DNA of 64,000 nt from Candidatus Levyibacteriota bacterium. Its GTDB lineage: Bacteria; Patescibacteriota; Microgenomatia; Levybacterales; UBA12049. This document shows, piece by piece, positions 7,152 through 17,522 of this stretch. The stretch is taken from positions 231,159-295,158 of the forward strand of contig CAWBPM010000002.1 of assembly GCA_963790825.1 (NCBI GenBank), read 5' to 3'. Under the pieces are notes generated by a model that searched no databases, had not been told where the DNA came from, and saw only the letters and a program-made list of their open reading frames with translations. Every line of letters begins with the position of its first letter. Position 1 is the first letter of the stretch. The position numbers and the translations under genes were made by a program.

Positions 7152-9801
7152 GACAATTTATACATTACGCAAAAATAAAACTTAGGTCTCCGGAAGTGTG
7201 GTATGTCGCACTCCTTTTAGTGATTGCTGCGTTTGCACACGGATGGAATATGTTCCATTTTCCTTACTTTGAAAATGATGAGGCGACGTATGTTTCACAG
7301 GCCTGGTCTTTTATTCATACCGGTAAACTGGCACCGTATACGTATTATTATGACCATGCACCGCTCGGCTGGATGTTCTTGGGGCTATGGTTCCTACTAA
7401 CCGGAGGTTTAACTACATTCGGACATAATCCTCTAATTTCGGGAAGAATATTTATCTTTATTCTCCACATGTTCTCAGTCCTACTTCTCTATATCATTAC
7501 TAAACGCGTCACGAACAAAAACTGGCAGCGTCCCTGGCTGTTATAGTCTTTTCACTATCACCACTAGAGATATATTTCGGACGGCGAGTACTTCTCGATA
7601 ACATTATGGTTTTCTGGATGCTGCTATCACTTTTCTACGCAACGTGCACGCCTCAAGGGTTACGTAACGTTATACTAAGTGCCATAACATTTGCAATAGC
7701 AACCCTGACTAAAGAAAACGCATTCTTTTTAGGACCGGTAATTCTTTATATGACTTGGGGTTATGCACGTACTCGTGTTCGAATATGGTCAATAAGTCAA
7801 TGGATTGCTATCGCGGCAGTAATTATTGCATTATATCCCCTATATGCAAGTTTAAAAGGAGAACTTTTTGCAAGCGGTACTTTCCTTGGTGGATTCAAAC
7901 AGCATGTAAGCTTAATTCAAACAACAATCGAGCAAGGGTCACGAGGAGTATTTGCTTTCCCCTGGAATAGCAAAAGCGATTTTTATGTAAATCTTAATGA
8001 ATGGATATTTCGTGATCCCTTCATTATTATAATCGGTGCGATATGCCTATTCACTAGTCTTATTCTAAATGAACGCTATCGTGAGATTAAAGCTATTGCC
8101 TTAACAGCACTTGCAGAAATTATTTTTCTGGCGCGGGGTAAACTTGTAATCGACTACTATATTCTTGCGATTCTTCCTTTACTAGCAATGACTATTGGTA
8201 TCATGATTGCGCGACCACTAGTTTGGGCAAAGAACCATATCAGTCCGTATGGGTATTCGTTGACTATAGCATTTCTTCTAACAATTATTTTCGTTGGATA
8301 TGGAACACCCGCATTTTCACGAGATGAAACAACCAATCAACAGAAAGCAATCACCTGGATCGAACAGCATATTAGCAAAAATGCATATATCGCAATTGAC
8401 AATTACGCTTATCCGGAATTACATGATGTTGATGGATACAAAAATGCAGATTACGAGTTCAAAGTACAATATGATCCTCAAATTAATAAGGGTAAGTATC
8501 ATCAAGACTACTATAAAACCAACTATCTACTCATAACACATGAGGAAATTGTACAAATGGCATCCAAACAACTCCCATTTATTCAGGCTGCATTTAATCA
8601 CAGTCAATTAGTTGCAGATTTCACTAACAATACTACTAGCTATATTGATATCGGCAAATTGATAAGTACAAATGGTGACTGGGCACAAATTTATAAAGTC
8701 GATAATAAAAACGATGGGTTATTGGTAGATAGTTGGCGCAGTTATAAATTAAATTTTATTAGGGAAAACGGACAAGTTGTTGATCCTTCTCAAGCAAATA
8801 CTACCTCCGAGGGAGAATCATATGCACTATTACGGTCTATAACTATGAATGACAAAATAGAATTTGATAGGGTGTGGAATTGGACACAAAAAAATATTCA
8901 GATACGAAAAGGAGATAGTTTATTTACCTGGAAAATATCACTTGATTCATTGGGAGCTAATCATATAGACGACACAAACTCTGCATCTGATGCTGATGAA
9001 GATATTGCCTTAGCACTTTATCAAGCTTATCAAAAATGGGGAGATAAAAAATATCTCACAGAGTCTCAAAAAATAGTAAGTGATATTTGGAAAAAAGAAG
9101 TGGTTAGACGTAATAATGAATTCTATCTCATTTCCTCGCCTGAAGGAACATACGGTGAAAATTTATTAGTAAACCCATCTTATATTGCCCCTGCTAACTA
9201 TAAAATCTTTGCGAAAATTGATCCAAAGCACAATTGGCAGCAGTTAGTCAATGATTCATACAGTCTTTTAACAGACATACAAAAGAGATCTTCGGTTGGT
9301 TTACCAACAAATTGGGTGGCAGTTGCACCAAGTGGTGATCTTATCTCAGCTTCTCATATGGGAGTACAATCGGAAGATTATTTTGGCTACGATGCGTTTC
9401 GGGTAGATTGGAGAATGGCTGATGATGTACAGGACCCGCGTGCACAAAAAATACTAACTATTCTTAATACTTTTTATCAAGACCAATGGTCAAAAAACAA
9501 TATGATCGCTTCAGAATATGATATTAATGGGGTAGCATCATCAGATTATGCTGATATTCCCTCAAGTGCTGGAGCAGTAATTGCTTTACATGCAATGAAA
9601 AATATACTTACAGATACCATCTATAAGCAGTCACTTTTGAATAACTTTAACACAAACGGTTTTTATTGGGGACAGCAATCAAATTATTACAGTCAAAACT
9701 GGGGAGCGTTTGCGGTTCAATATCTCGGGGTAGGAGGACCAAACAGCAGGGGAGACGTACTGACGCAAAAAGTAGCGATGCTATCGTTAGTGAAGAAATA
9801 A
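7148..9801 (+). pseudogene. GT-C (ArnT/PMT-like) glycosyltransferase fused to a GH8 glycoside hydrolase, split by one frameshift at about 7517-7521
   Basis: NDEATY..QAW and YDHAPLGW in ORF 7148; adding one A to AAAAA restores ...TNKKLAASLAVIVFSLSPLEIYFGRRVLLDNIMVFW into ORF 7606; GH8 motifs TTSEGESYAL, SASDADEDIA, YDAFRV. Confidence 0.75.
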
Positions 9802-9805
9802 AATA

Positions 9806-10824
9806 ATGAAAAACAAAAAGAACCTCGTCGTAATCTTCCTCGTACTTCTCATAGGTGTCCGGGTCATGCTGCATCTTCCAATCCTATCTGAGCAAAAAGC
9901 AAAAATTGTTTCAGAAAAAGATTTTGGTGTTAATATTTCAGGCGGTGAGTTCCAACAGGCAATGTATACGGACAAAAAGTATACAGGCTATAGGTATTTT
10001 CATAGTAAAGGACTGACACTACTCAGAATTCCCTTTAAGTGGGAAACTATTCAGCCAACACCTATGGGAGAATTGGACACGAAACAGCTGGCAAGCTATA
10101 CGGGTATGATTACCGTAGCGCAAAAAGCCGGAGAGAAAGTCATTATTGAGCCGCATAATTTCGGAAGATATAACAACATTCCGTTAACAGACAAAGACAA
10201 TAATAGTTTTTCAGATCTCTGGAAAAAGTTAGCGGCAATCTATAAAGGATACTCGGGAATCTGGGGATATGAACTGATGAATGAGCCGCATGATATACCG
10301 GGGAACTGTGAAACATGGAGAACGCTGTCACAAGCCGGAATTAACGCGATTCGCTCCGAAGACATAACGCATTATATTCTAGTTCCGGGATACAGCTGGC
10401 AGAGCGCGAGTGATTGGCAAAGGGAAAGTGATTGTTTAAAAAATCTCTCCGATCCTGAAAATAAACTGCTCTATTCGGCTCATGAATACTTCGACGAGAT
10501 CAAAGCGGAACGTACAATAGTACCTGTACAGATACAAATATAGGGGTAACCCGTGCAAAACCTTTTACCGCTTGGCTCAGAAAAAATAATAAGATCGGAA
10601 TTTTTACCGAGTATGGGATTCCACGGGGCTCGTGCTGGCAATTAACTCTGGGTAAATTTATGCGGTACATTTATAAAAGTCCTAATATCATTGGCGGAAC
10701 ATACTGGGCGGCAGGGGAATATTGGGGAGATTACAAATTATCAGTAGAACAGGATATAAACGGGGATAAACCACAAATGAAAATACTTCAAAAATATCCG
10801 ACAAAATTAAATATAGCCAGCTAA
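9806..10824 (+). pseudogene. GH5 endoglucanase-like protein, split by a frameshift at about 10496
   Basis: RIPFKWE, EPHNFGRY, LMNEPH, HEYFD; the shifted frame continues DQSGTY...IFTEYGIP...YWAAGEYW..YKLSVE to a stop at 10824. Confidence 0.8.
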
Positions 10825-11243
10825 TAATCTAAAAGTAATCTAAAAGGAATTTAGCAGCCTTACTGATGCGCTTCGATGGCATCATGAGTGATAATCTTCA
10901 TCTCTGTGATAGTTTATATGCTTATTTAACCATTACGGTTCAATTAACCGTTATGGTAAAAGGAAAGAGGTTGGAAGGCCATTTTTACCCGTTAATAACC
11001 GGCAATTTAACGGGTAATCTTTCGAACCAGTATTAGTATACAGCTTTCGAAAGTCAGCGGTTTTTCCAGCCGTTCAAAAAATCCCAAAAAGGGCGCTGGA
11101 GAGGGAGTTCAGGCACCACAACGATTCAACCGACGGTCAGCGGTTATAACGGTAAGTAGGCTGTTAAATCAGCTAATCGTGTGTTTGTACAACATTTTTT
11201 AAACAGCCGGAGGAAGCGAACGGCGGGGAGAGGAGGGAATGGA

Positions 11244-12431
11244 TTAGCGCAGAACGGATCTGGTTATTTCTCCGATCTGTCTTATGTTTAAGGAGATATA
11301 GGCGGCAAGGAGGGATGTAATCGGAACCGCGATAATAAGCGCGCTGCTTCCGACCATAGTCCGGATAATCTCTTCCATCGTTGCCTCGTTATTTAAAATT
11401 ACCCACCAGGGAAGATGTGCAGGATTAAGGGCAAAGAAAATAAATATCGCGAGTGATGTTCCGGCGTATGCCAGGACCAATGTGTTAACTAAGGAGGCGA
11501 TATGCTCCCGACCTATGAGCATGCCTTTTTTAAATAAATCCAGGAAATGCTGCTCGGGGTTTTCCCGGGCCAGAGTGAAGATCGCAACCGATTGCGTCGT
11601 CGTGATATCATTTAAAGCTCCCAAGGTTCCGATTATTATACTTCCCAGGAGAAGTCCCTGGGGATTTATCAGGTGAGTTGTACCGATTACAATACTTTGG
11701 ACGTCTTCATTTCCCAGACCGAAGAGGTGAAGAAATTGTACAGCGAAGCCGGCAATATAGACTGCGATAAACAGCGAAATTCCGGTGCCTAAGACTGCCA
11801 TGGTCGTTTTAATCGATATGCCGTGTGCTACATAAGTCGTAAGAAGTAAAATGAAAACCGACGCTGTCAAACAGACCGACAAGGGATCGGAGCCCTTAAT
11901 AATAGATGGAATAATATAGACAGAAATCGTCAGAATGCTAATTGTCAGACCTAAAAGCGCACCAACTCCTTTACTGCCGGCAACAGCGATAATAAGAATT
12001 GAGAAACCTACGAGGATAAGCCAAAAATTATTCAGCCGGTATGGCTCATAAACGCTGTAGGTCATTTTTTTAGTCGTATTATCAGGTTTACTGTCGATGA
12101 CAACCGAGTCTCCCCGGCGTATTCGTTGATCTACCTTAAGTCTCTCGTCGGCAGAGTAGAGGACACTGACTATTTTCCCATTTTCCGCTCCGCCCAGGAT
12201 TTTTATTTTCAGATTTTCGCTGTCACTTTTCTCTTTGTCAAATACCTGCTCTCTCTGAGACAGTACTTCCAAAACATCTCCGCGGACAAACATCTCCTGC
12301 GTTTGCGGTTTGTCAGATGTAGCAGCAAGTACACTGAGCGGTAATACGAAATTAAAAAAGAAAATGAGCAGAACGAGAAAAAATTGTATGAATGATTTGT
12401 TTCGTGACATACTAAGATTCTTAGAATTCAT
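11244..12431 (-). CDS. YibE/F-family membrane protein
   Basis: IIGTLGALNDITTTQ, GREHIASLVNTLVLAYAG, EEIIRT..GS..L..AVPIT. Confidence 0.85.
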   Translation of the reverse strand: MNSKNLSMSRNKSFIQFFLVLLIFFFNFVLPLSVLAATSDKPQTQEMFVRGDVLEVLSQREQVFDKEKSDSENLKIKILGGAENGKIVSVLYSADERLKVDQRIRRGDSVVIDSKPDNTTKKMTYSVYEPYRLNNFWLILVGFSILIIAVAGSKGVGALLGLTISILTISVYIIPSIIKGSDPLSVCLTASVFILLLTTYVAHGISIKTTMAVLGTGISLFIAVYIAGFAVQFLHLFGLGNEDVQSIVIGTTHLINPQGLLLGSIIIGTLGALNDITTTQSVAIFTLARENPEQHFLDLFKKGMLIGREHIASLVNTLVLAYAGTSLAIFIFFALNPAHLPWWVILNNEATMEEIIRTMVGSSALIIAVPITSLLAAYISLNIRQIGEITRSVLR

Positions 12432-12495
12432 ATTATAGAGGAATTTGTAAATAGTTTCAAAGTTAACAAGGTACTATCTATGAACAGAGGAGTTA

Positions 12496-13140
12496 TTATT
12501 TCATTGCCGCGTCGATTGCCGACTGCAAATTATCATAAGTCGCATCCGTGCTAAGAACTTCACCATTGACGTAAAATGTGGGCGTAAAGTTTACCCCGAG
12601 CTTCTCAGCGTCGGCTTGATCTCTGGTAATATTACTTGCATATTTACTTCCCGTTACATCGCTTTGGAATTTAGTCATATTTAACTTCAGCTTTTTTGCG
12701 TACTTTAAGAAATAATCCATCGCATGTGTACTTTCTCCCCAGGAATCCTGATTACTGTAAAGCAGATCGTGCATCTGCCAAAACTTTCCCTGACTACCGG
12801 CTGCTTCGGCCGACTCTGCGGCAGCAAGTTCGTTTTGATGCTCGGGGATGGGAAAATTACGAAAGACAAGCTTTATTTTCCCGTTGTAGTCTTTAAGCAG
12901 TTGTTTTGTGACAGGATAGGCAGTGGCACAGGCGGGACATTGATAATCACCGAATTCAACGATTGTCACCTTCGCGTTTTTGTTACCGATTACATAAGCG
13001 TTTTTTCCGAGTAAAAGAGCTTGATCTACTTTGGTGGCAGACACTGTCGGGCTGGATTTACCAAGTAAAAATACACTTCCGATAACAATTGCCAGCGTTA
13101 TAATCCCGATGCCGCCTATGATTTTTACATCCTGCGTCAT
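12496..13140 (-). CDS. dsbA: DsbA-family thiol-disulfide oxidoreductase
   Basis: IVEFGDYQCPAC, FRNFP, TPTFYVNG; ATGA overlap with the upstream dsbB. Confidence 0.9.
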   Translation of the reverse strand: MTQDVKIIGGIGIITLAIVIGSVFLLGKSSPTVSATKVDQALLLGKNAYVIGNKNAKVTIVEFGDYQCPACATAYPVTKQLLKDYNGKIKLVFRNFPIPEHQNELAAAESAEAAGSQGKFWQMHDLLYSNQDSWGESTHAMDYFLKYAKKLKLNMTKFQSDVTGSKYASNITRDQADAEKLGVNFTPTFYVNGEVLSTDATYDNLQSAIDAAMK

Positions 13141-13559
13141 TCTCTGCTTCTCCTCATATAAATAATCATACAAACTGAAATTATAGTGAAAGCAGTGAAA
13201 GAAAGCAAGGGAACAGACAGGAAACCGAACCAGAGATTGAAATGAGTGGTGCAGGAAACACCAATGGTACAGGGAGCAACACTTTCCGGCAAGATATGAT
13301 AATACAATAAGTTGTGATAAAGCGAGATACTGAATCCGATAATGCTTAGCGGCAGTACGTATTTATAAATTCCCGGGTCTTTACGTAAAATTCCGACCAT
13401 CAGAAGCAAAACCAACGGATACATACAAATCCTTTGGTACCAGCAGAGAACACAAGGAGTCCAGTGCAGTATTTCACTGAGACTCAGGCTGCCGAGTGTG
13501 GCGACAATTGCCTGCAGTAAGGCGAGGTAGAGAATATTATCAACGATAAATTTTTTCAT
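13137..13559 (-). CDS. dsbB: Disulfide bond formation protein B (BdbC-like)
   Basis: PCVLCWYQRICMYP, second Cys pair PCTIGVSC. Confidence 0.9.
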   Translation of the reverse strand: MKKFIVDNILYLALLQAIVATLGSLSLSEILHWTPCVLCWYQRICMYPLVLLLMVGILRKDPGIYKYVLPLSIIGFSISLYHNLLYYHILPESVAPCTIGVSCTTHFNLWFGFLSVPLLSFTAFTIISVCMIIYMRRSRE

Positions 13560-13677
13560 GCTGTGGATTTGTTCTTTGTAAGGTTTCATTATAAACGAAT
13601 TAGTAGAAACACTCAATATTTGAATAATGACTTAGCGACTAGGAGACAAATAACAGATTAATTTGAGCTGAAGAGAT

Positions 13678-14700
13678 TTGATCCCCAAAAAAACTATTAT
13701 ATATACTATAATCATTTTCAGTATGAATAAACGGGATGTTTTATTTCTTTTTCTGACGATTATTTCCCTGGCTGTTGTTCTGGTCACTGATATTATTACT
13801 CCGCCTCAACTTATCCTTGCTTCTTTGTACACAATTCCTATTTTGATTTGCGCCTATCACTTTGGGCCAAAAATAATTAGTGTTGTTACCTTTTTTGTGA
13901 TCATCATTTTTTCAACTCATACTTTATATACGGAAAACATAACATTGATTAATATTTTCTTCCAGGACATCGGATTTTTAATTGTTGCATTTCTGGCTAT
14001 GCAATTCAGCCTGCAAAGGAAAAAAAATGAAGAATCGTTATGGCATTTACAACTTTTCATCAATATGATCTCACACGACCTGGTTCAGCCAATCACTGCT
14101 GCTAAATTATATGTGCAAATTCTCAGAAAATATCCCGACAGGAATGTAAGGTTAAAAGCAGCGAAAATTGCAACACCTCTGCACTATCTGCAAAAACTTA
14201 TCTTCGATCTGAAAGATATTGTGCAGGCAAGGAGCGGAGAGTTTAGCGTATATCCGGCGGAGATGGATTTATGCAGGTTACTAAGTGACGTCGTAGAAGA
14301 GCAACAGAGAAATGACAAAAAGCATACAATAATTTTGCGCATACCGAAAAAAATAATCGGGAAATGGGACAGGGGACGGCTGAATCAGGTACTTACCAAT
14401 CTTATCTCAAATGCGATTAAATATTCTGAGAAAGGGATAATCACCGTGTCTGCGAAGCAAAAAAGGCGGGTTGTTTTAGTTTCCGTTGCCGATAAGGGAC
14501 CGGGAATTCCCGAAAACCAGCAGCAGCTAATATTTACGCCTTTTAAGCGTTTGGAACAAAACAGGAATATCGGGGGAAGCGGTCTGGGACTTTATATTTG
14601 TAAACTTATAGTTGAGGGTCATCAGGGAAGAATTTGGGTAGAAAGTACGAAGAACAGGGGCTCGACATTTTTCTTTACCCTTCCGCGAACCAGCCGATAA
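13678..14700 (+). CDS. Membrane sensor histidine kinase (orphan)
   Basis: ISHDLVQP H-box, NLISNAIKY N-box, DKGPGI, GSGLGL. Confidence 0.9.
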   Translation: MIPKKTIIYTIIIFSMNKRDVLFLFLTIISLAVVLVTDIITPPQLILASLYTIPILICAYHFGPKIISVVTFFVIIIFSTHTLYTENITLINIFFQDIGFLIVAFLAMQFSLQRKKNEESLWHLQLFINMISHDLVQPITAAKLYVQILRKYPDRNVRLKAAKIATPLHYLQKLIFDLKDIVQARSGEFSVYPAEMDLCRLLSDVVEEQQRNDKKHTIILRIPKKIIGKWDRGRLNQVLTNLISNAIKYSEKGIITVSAKQKRRVVLVSVADKGPGIPENQQQLIFTPFKRLEQNRNIGGSGLGLYICKLIVEGHQGRIWVESTKNRGSTFFFTLPRTSR

Positions 14701-14715
14701 TTCGATTGAGCTTCA

Positions 14716-16524
14716 TTAATTACACTTTGACGAGGAGCACATATCTATTCTTGTATTATCAACGCTCAGCTTAATTTTGAATCCCAGCCGAATACCTTGT
14801 GACAAAAGATTAAATAACAGGTTAGTCTCACTACTTGGGTAATACACATAAGCCTTTTTGGCGGCTTTTAATGCTGCATTTTTGTTGCCGATTCTATTTT
14901 CCTGCAAAGCAGACAATAACCATAAATAACCATCAGTGGGAAATTTTTTAAGCGTTGAATTTATAAAATCTTCACAAACTTCAGGTTTTTCATAAATTAA
15001 ATAAATTATTGCCAGATCTTCATATGAAACATAAAAAGGAGCATTTTTAATCGAAGTTCTGTATGCTTCTTCCGCTTTTTTGATTTGTCCGCTTTGTTGG
15101 TAGTAAGATGCAAGTGCGTTCCAGTTTACATCTCCTTTAGGATTAAGTTGTATTGATTTTTGCAAGTGTAAATATGCGGCATTAAATTTATTCCGCTTCA
15201 TAAGCTGTACGGCAAATGCACTTTGCATGTAACTATTATCCTGAGAATAATTAATATCATGAGAAAGCAAAGAATATTGATCATGAAAATTTGAATTTCT
15301 TTGTACAGTTATTAGGGAAAAAACGATTATTATTAAGGTTATGCTAATAAAAATTATTTTTTGTAGTTTTTTATTATGAACGTATAACTCAAACATCAGC
15401 CCAAACATTCCTAAGAGTCCCACGATAGGTAAATAAAACCATCTGTTTGAGACCGTTGCATCCAAAGGTATAAGAATATGCGAGTGAAAAAGTAAACCCA
15501 GACAAAATATAGAAAGAAATAAAATAAATGTATTAAAATATTTGTTATGTTTTTTCAGAATATTCCATCCTGTAATTGACAACGATATGATAAAGAAAAT
15601 ATCAAAAATAACTGCCATAAGAAATTCAAGTCTGGTTTTTGTTGTAACCAGCCACATTTGATCAAGTGCAAGATGGATGGGAAATATAAAAGTTTTCAGA
15701 TAATAAAAAATTATTAAAGGTACAGTTAATAATCGGGTAATAAAATTTGCATGAGTAATAGGGGAAAAAGTCGTACTGTCAGCAATTCCCCGGACAAATA
15801 AAATTCTGAATATTATATAAAATATTACCGTAGAAGAATAAATTAAAAAAGTCTTTATAAAATATTCCCGCTTAGAAAAGAGGAATTTGTATATCAATAT
15901 TATTAGTACAAAAAGAATTCCTGTTTCTTTGGCTAATATTGATATGAGTAAAAGAAATCCTGATATGCAGAACGTTTTATATGAGGGCTTAAGCCGCAGT
16001 TCCAAATAAAAAGCAAGCATGGCGAAAAAGAAAAACAAAACATCCTGCAGTCCGGCAATATAGTTAACTGATTCTGCCTGAATCGGATGAACTAAAAACA
16101 AAAGGGAAATAAAGAAAGAAATATTTTTCCTGATAAAATACTTTAACAACAGAAAAACTAAAATTGCGTTTGAAATATGAAGTATAATTTGCAATAAATG
16201 AAACGGGAAAGGATTTAGTCCGAATAGTGCGTAGAGAATTGTATAAGAAAAGGCTACGAGCGGACGGTAATAATTTCCTGTAAGTTTATTTATGTCCCCG
16301 TTATAAAACATACTGCCGAAGAAAAAATTGGGGATATTGGAAATTGAATGTATGGCAATATTTTGTACCACCAGTCCATCGTCATCAGCCACAAAACCGT
16401 TAAAAAGACTATTAAAAAATACAATGAGTCCGATAATGATAATCCAATGGATCGCTTTAAATGTGGTCAATGGTACAAAAAGACTAATAGGTGAGAAATT
16501 ATTCCGCTCTTTCTCATCATGCAT
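14716..16524 (-). CDS. GT-C fold membrane glycosyltransferase with C-terminal TPRs (TMTC-like)
   Basis: FVADD, YYRPL, HPIQAESVNYI, AKE, RWFYLP, TPR-like tail. Confidence 0.75.
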   Translation of the reverse strand: MHDEKERNNFSPISLFVPLTTFKAIHWIIIIGLIVFFNSLFNGFVADDDGLVVQNIAIHSISNIPNFFFGSMFYNGDINKLTGNYYRPLVAFSYTILYALFGLNPFPFHLLQIILHISNAILVFLLLKYFIRKNISFFISLLFLVHPIQAESVNYIAGLQDVLFFFFAMLAFYLELRLKPSYKTFCISGFLLLISILAKETGILFVLIILIYKFLFSKREYFIKTFLIYSSTVIFYIIFRILFVRGIADSTTFSPITHANFITRLLTVPLIIFYYLKTFIFPIHLALDQMWLVTTKTRLEFLMAVIFDIFFIISLSITGWNILKKHNKYFNTFILFLSIFCLGLLFHSHILIPLDATVSNRWFYLPIVGLLGMFGLMFELYVHNKKLQKIIFISITLIIIVFSLITVQRNSNFHDQYSLLSHDINYSQDNSYMQSAFAVQLMKRNKFNAAYLHLQKSIQLNPKGDVNWNALASYYQQSGQIKKAEEAYRTSIKNAPFYVSYEDLAIIYLIYEKPEVCEDFINSTLKKFPTDGYLWLLSALQENRIGNKNAALKAAKKAYVYYPSSETNLLFNLLSQGIRLGFKIKLSVDNTRIDMCSSSKCN

Positions 16525-16601
16525 GGTTTTATAGTAACATTCCGGGATTTAAAGTTCAAGAAAAGTTGACATTCTTTTATTCATAGTAAATACTATAATC
16601 T

Positions 16602-17273
16602 ATGGATAATCTTCCCCGATCTCAAAATACTACAGATTTCTCAAAATTAAAAATAATTCTAAGTCTGTTCTGGATTGTGTCTGTTATTTTGTCAGGTTAT
16701 ATCGGATTTTTATATGGACAGGGAAATCAATCCGGTCAGACAAATACAGAAAAAAACGTTCTGTCTTCGACGTCACAAGTTACAGATACACCAAACCCAA
16801 GCCCGCAAAGTTCGTCTGCAGCAGTAAGTGGCACCACACCGACAGTTATAAATAATAATGCCTGCAGTAGATCAGGTCAAGCACAAAAATGGGAGTTTCT
16901 TACTTCTTACGTAGTACAGCAGGATGACACACTTCAAACTATCGCCAGTGAACAGCTTAATGATCCGTCAAGGGTTAATGAAATATTACAAATAAACGGA
17001 GCAGGACCACTGGTTGTCGGTTCGACTTTATACCTGCCGCCTGCCACGATTGCTAAATCATCAGGTAATATTGAACAGGTATACGGTAAGCTGGTGGAAA
17101 AAAATAATCTGTCCTGGCATATAAGCTTTACGAGTGACATTAATGGTCAGGGAATTCTTATACCGTCGTTTTGGTTTGCAGGAATAGCAAATAAAGACAC
17201 ATTTACTGTCGGAGATTGTCTAAAAGTATTATTTGATGATGGTTATAAAGTCTATTCCGTATCTCTTCAATAG
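16602..17273 (+). CDS. Membrane-anchored LysM-domain protein
   Basis: TM helix, S/T/P linker, YVVQQDDTLQTIA...ILQIN....LVVGSTLYLP. Confidence 0.75.
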   Translation: MDNLPRSQNTTDFSKLKIILSLFWIVSVILSGYIGFLYGQGNQSGQTNTEKNVLSSTSQVTDTPNPSPQSSSAAVSGTTPTVINNNACSRSGQAQKWEFLTSYVVQQDDTLQTIASEQLNDPSRVNEILQINGAGPLVVGSTLYLPPATIAKSSGNIEQVYGKLVEKNNLSWHISFTSDINGQGILIPSFWFAGIANKDTFTVGDCLKVLFDDGYKVYSVSLQ

Positions 17274-17386
17274 TGAAATTCCAGCTTCACTGTTAAATAA
17301 ATCAATTCTTCTCCCTACTTTAAGACTCAACTTACCAGAACGGTAGCCAAAAAGTTTTCCAACCTGCAAAGCCGAGTTTGACCCGG

Positions 17387-17458
17387 TGAGCCTGAGAGGG
17401 ATCGAACCTCCAACCAGTTCCTTAAGAGGGAACTGCTCTACCATTGAGCTACAGGCCC
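17387..17458 (-). tRNA. tRNA-Lys(CTT)
   Basis: GGGCCTGTAGCTCAATGGTAGAGC, anticodon arm GTTCC-CTCTTAA-GGAAC, GGTTCGATCCC; CCA not encoded. Confidence 0.95.
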
Positions 17459-17522
17459 AATAACTAACAACCAATAACTAATAACCATGTGTATTGTAGC
17501 AAATTCAGAAGCCTTTTTCAGC

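Noticed and set aside
10924-10961. dif/cer-like site (TTATGGTAAAA resembles a XerD arm)
   Set aside because: No convincing XerC arm at 6-8 bp spacing
10866-11036. Short ORF MRFDGIMSD... inside the palindromic block
   Set aside because: No SD or motif; better explained as incidental to the structured sequence
17229-17474. 81-aa ORF on the minus strand
   Set aside because: Overlaps tRNA-Lys; shadow ORF
17459-17488. Heptamer-like repeats (TAACTAA/CAACCAA), with similar tracts at about 1947 and 5625
   Set aside because: Short low-complexity tracts without spacers; not CRISPR
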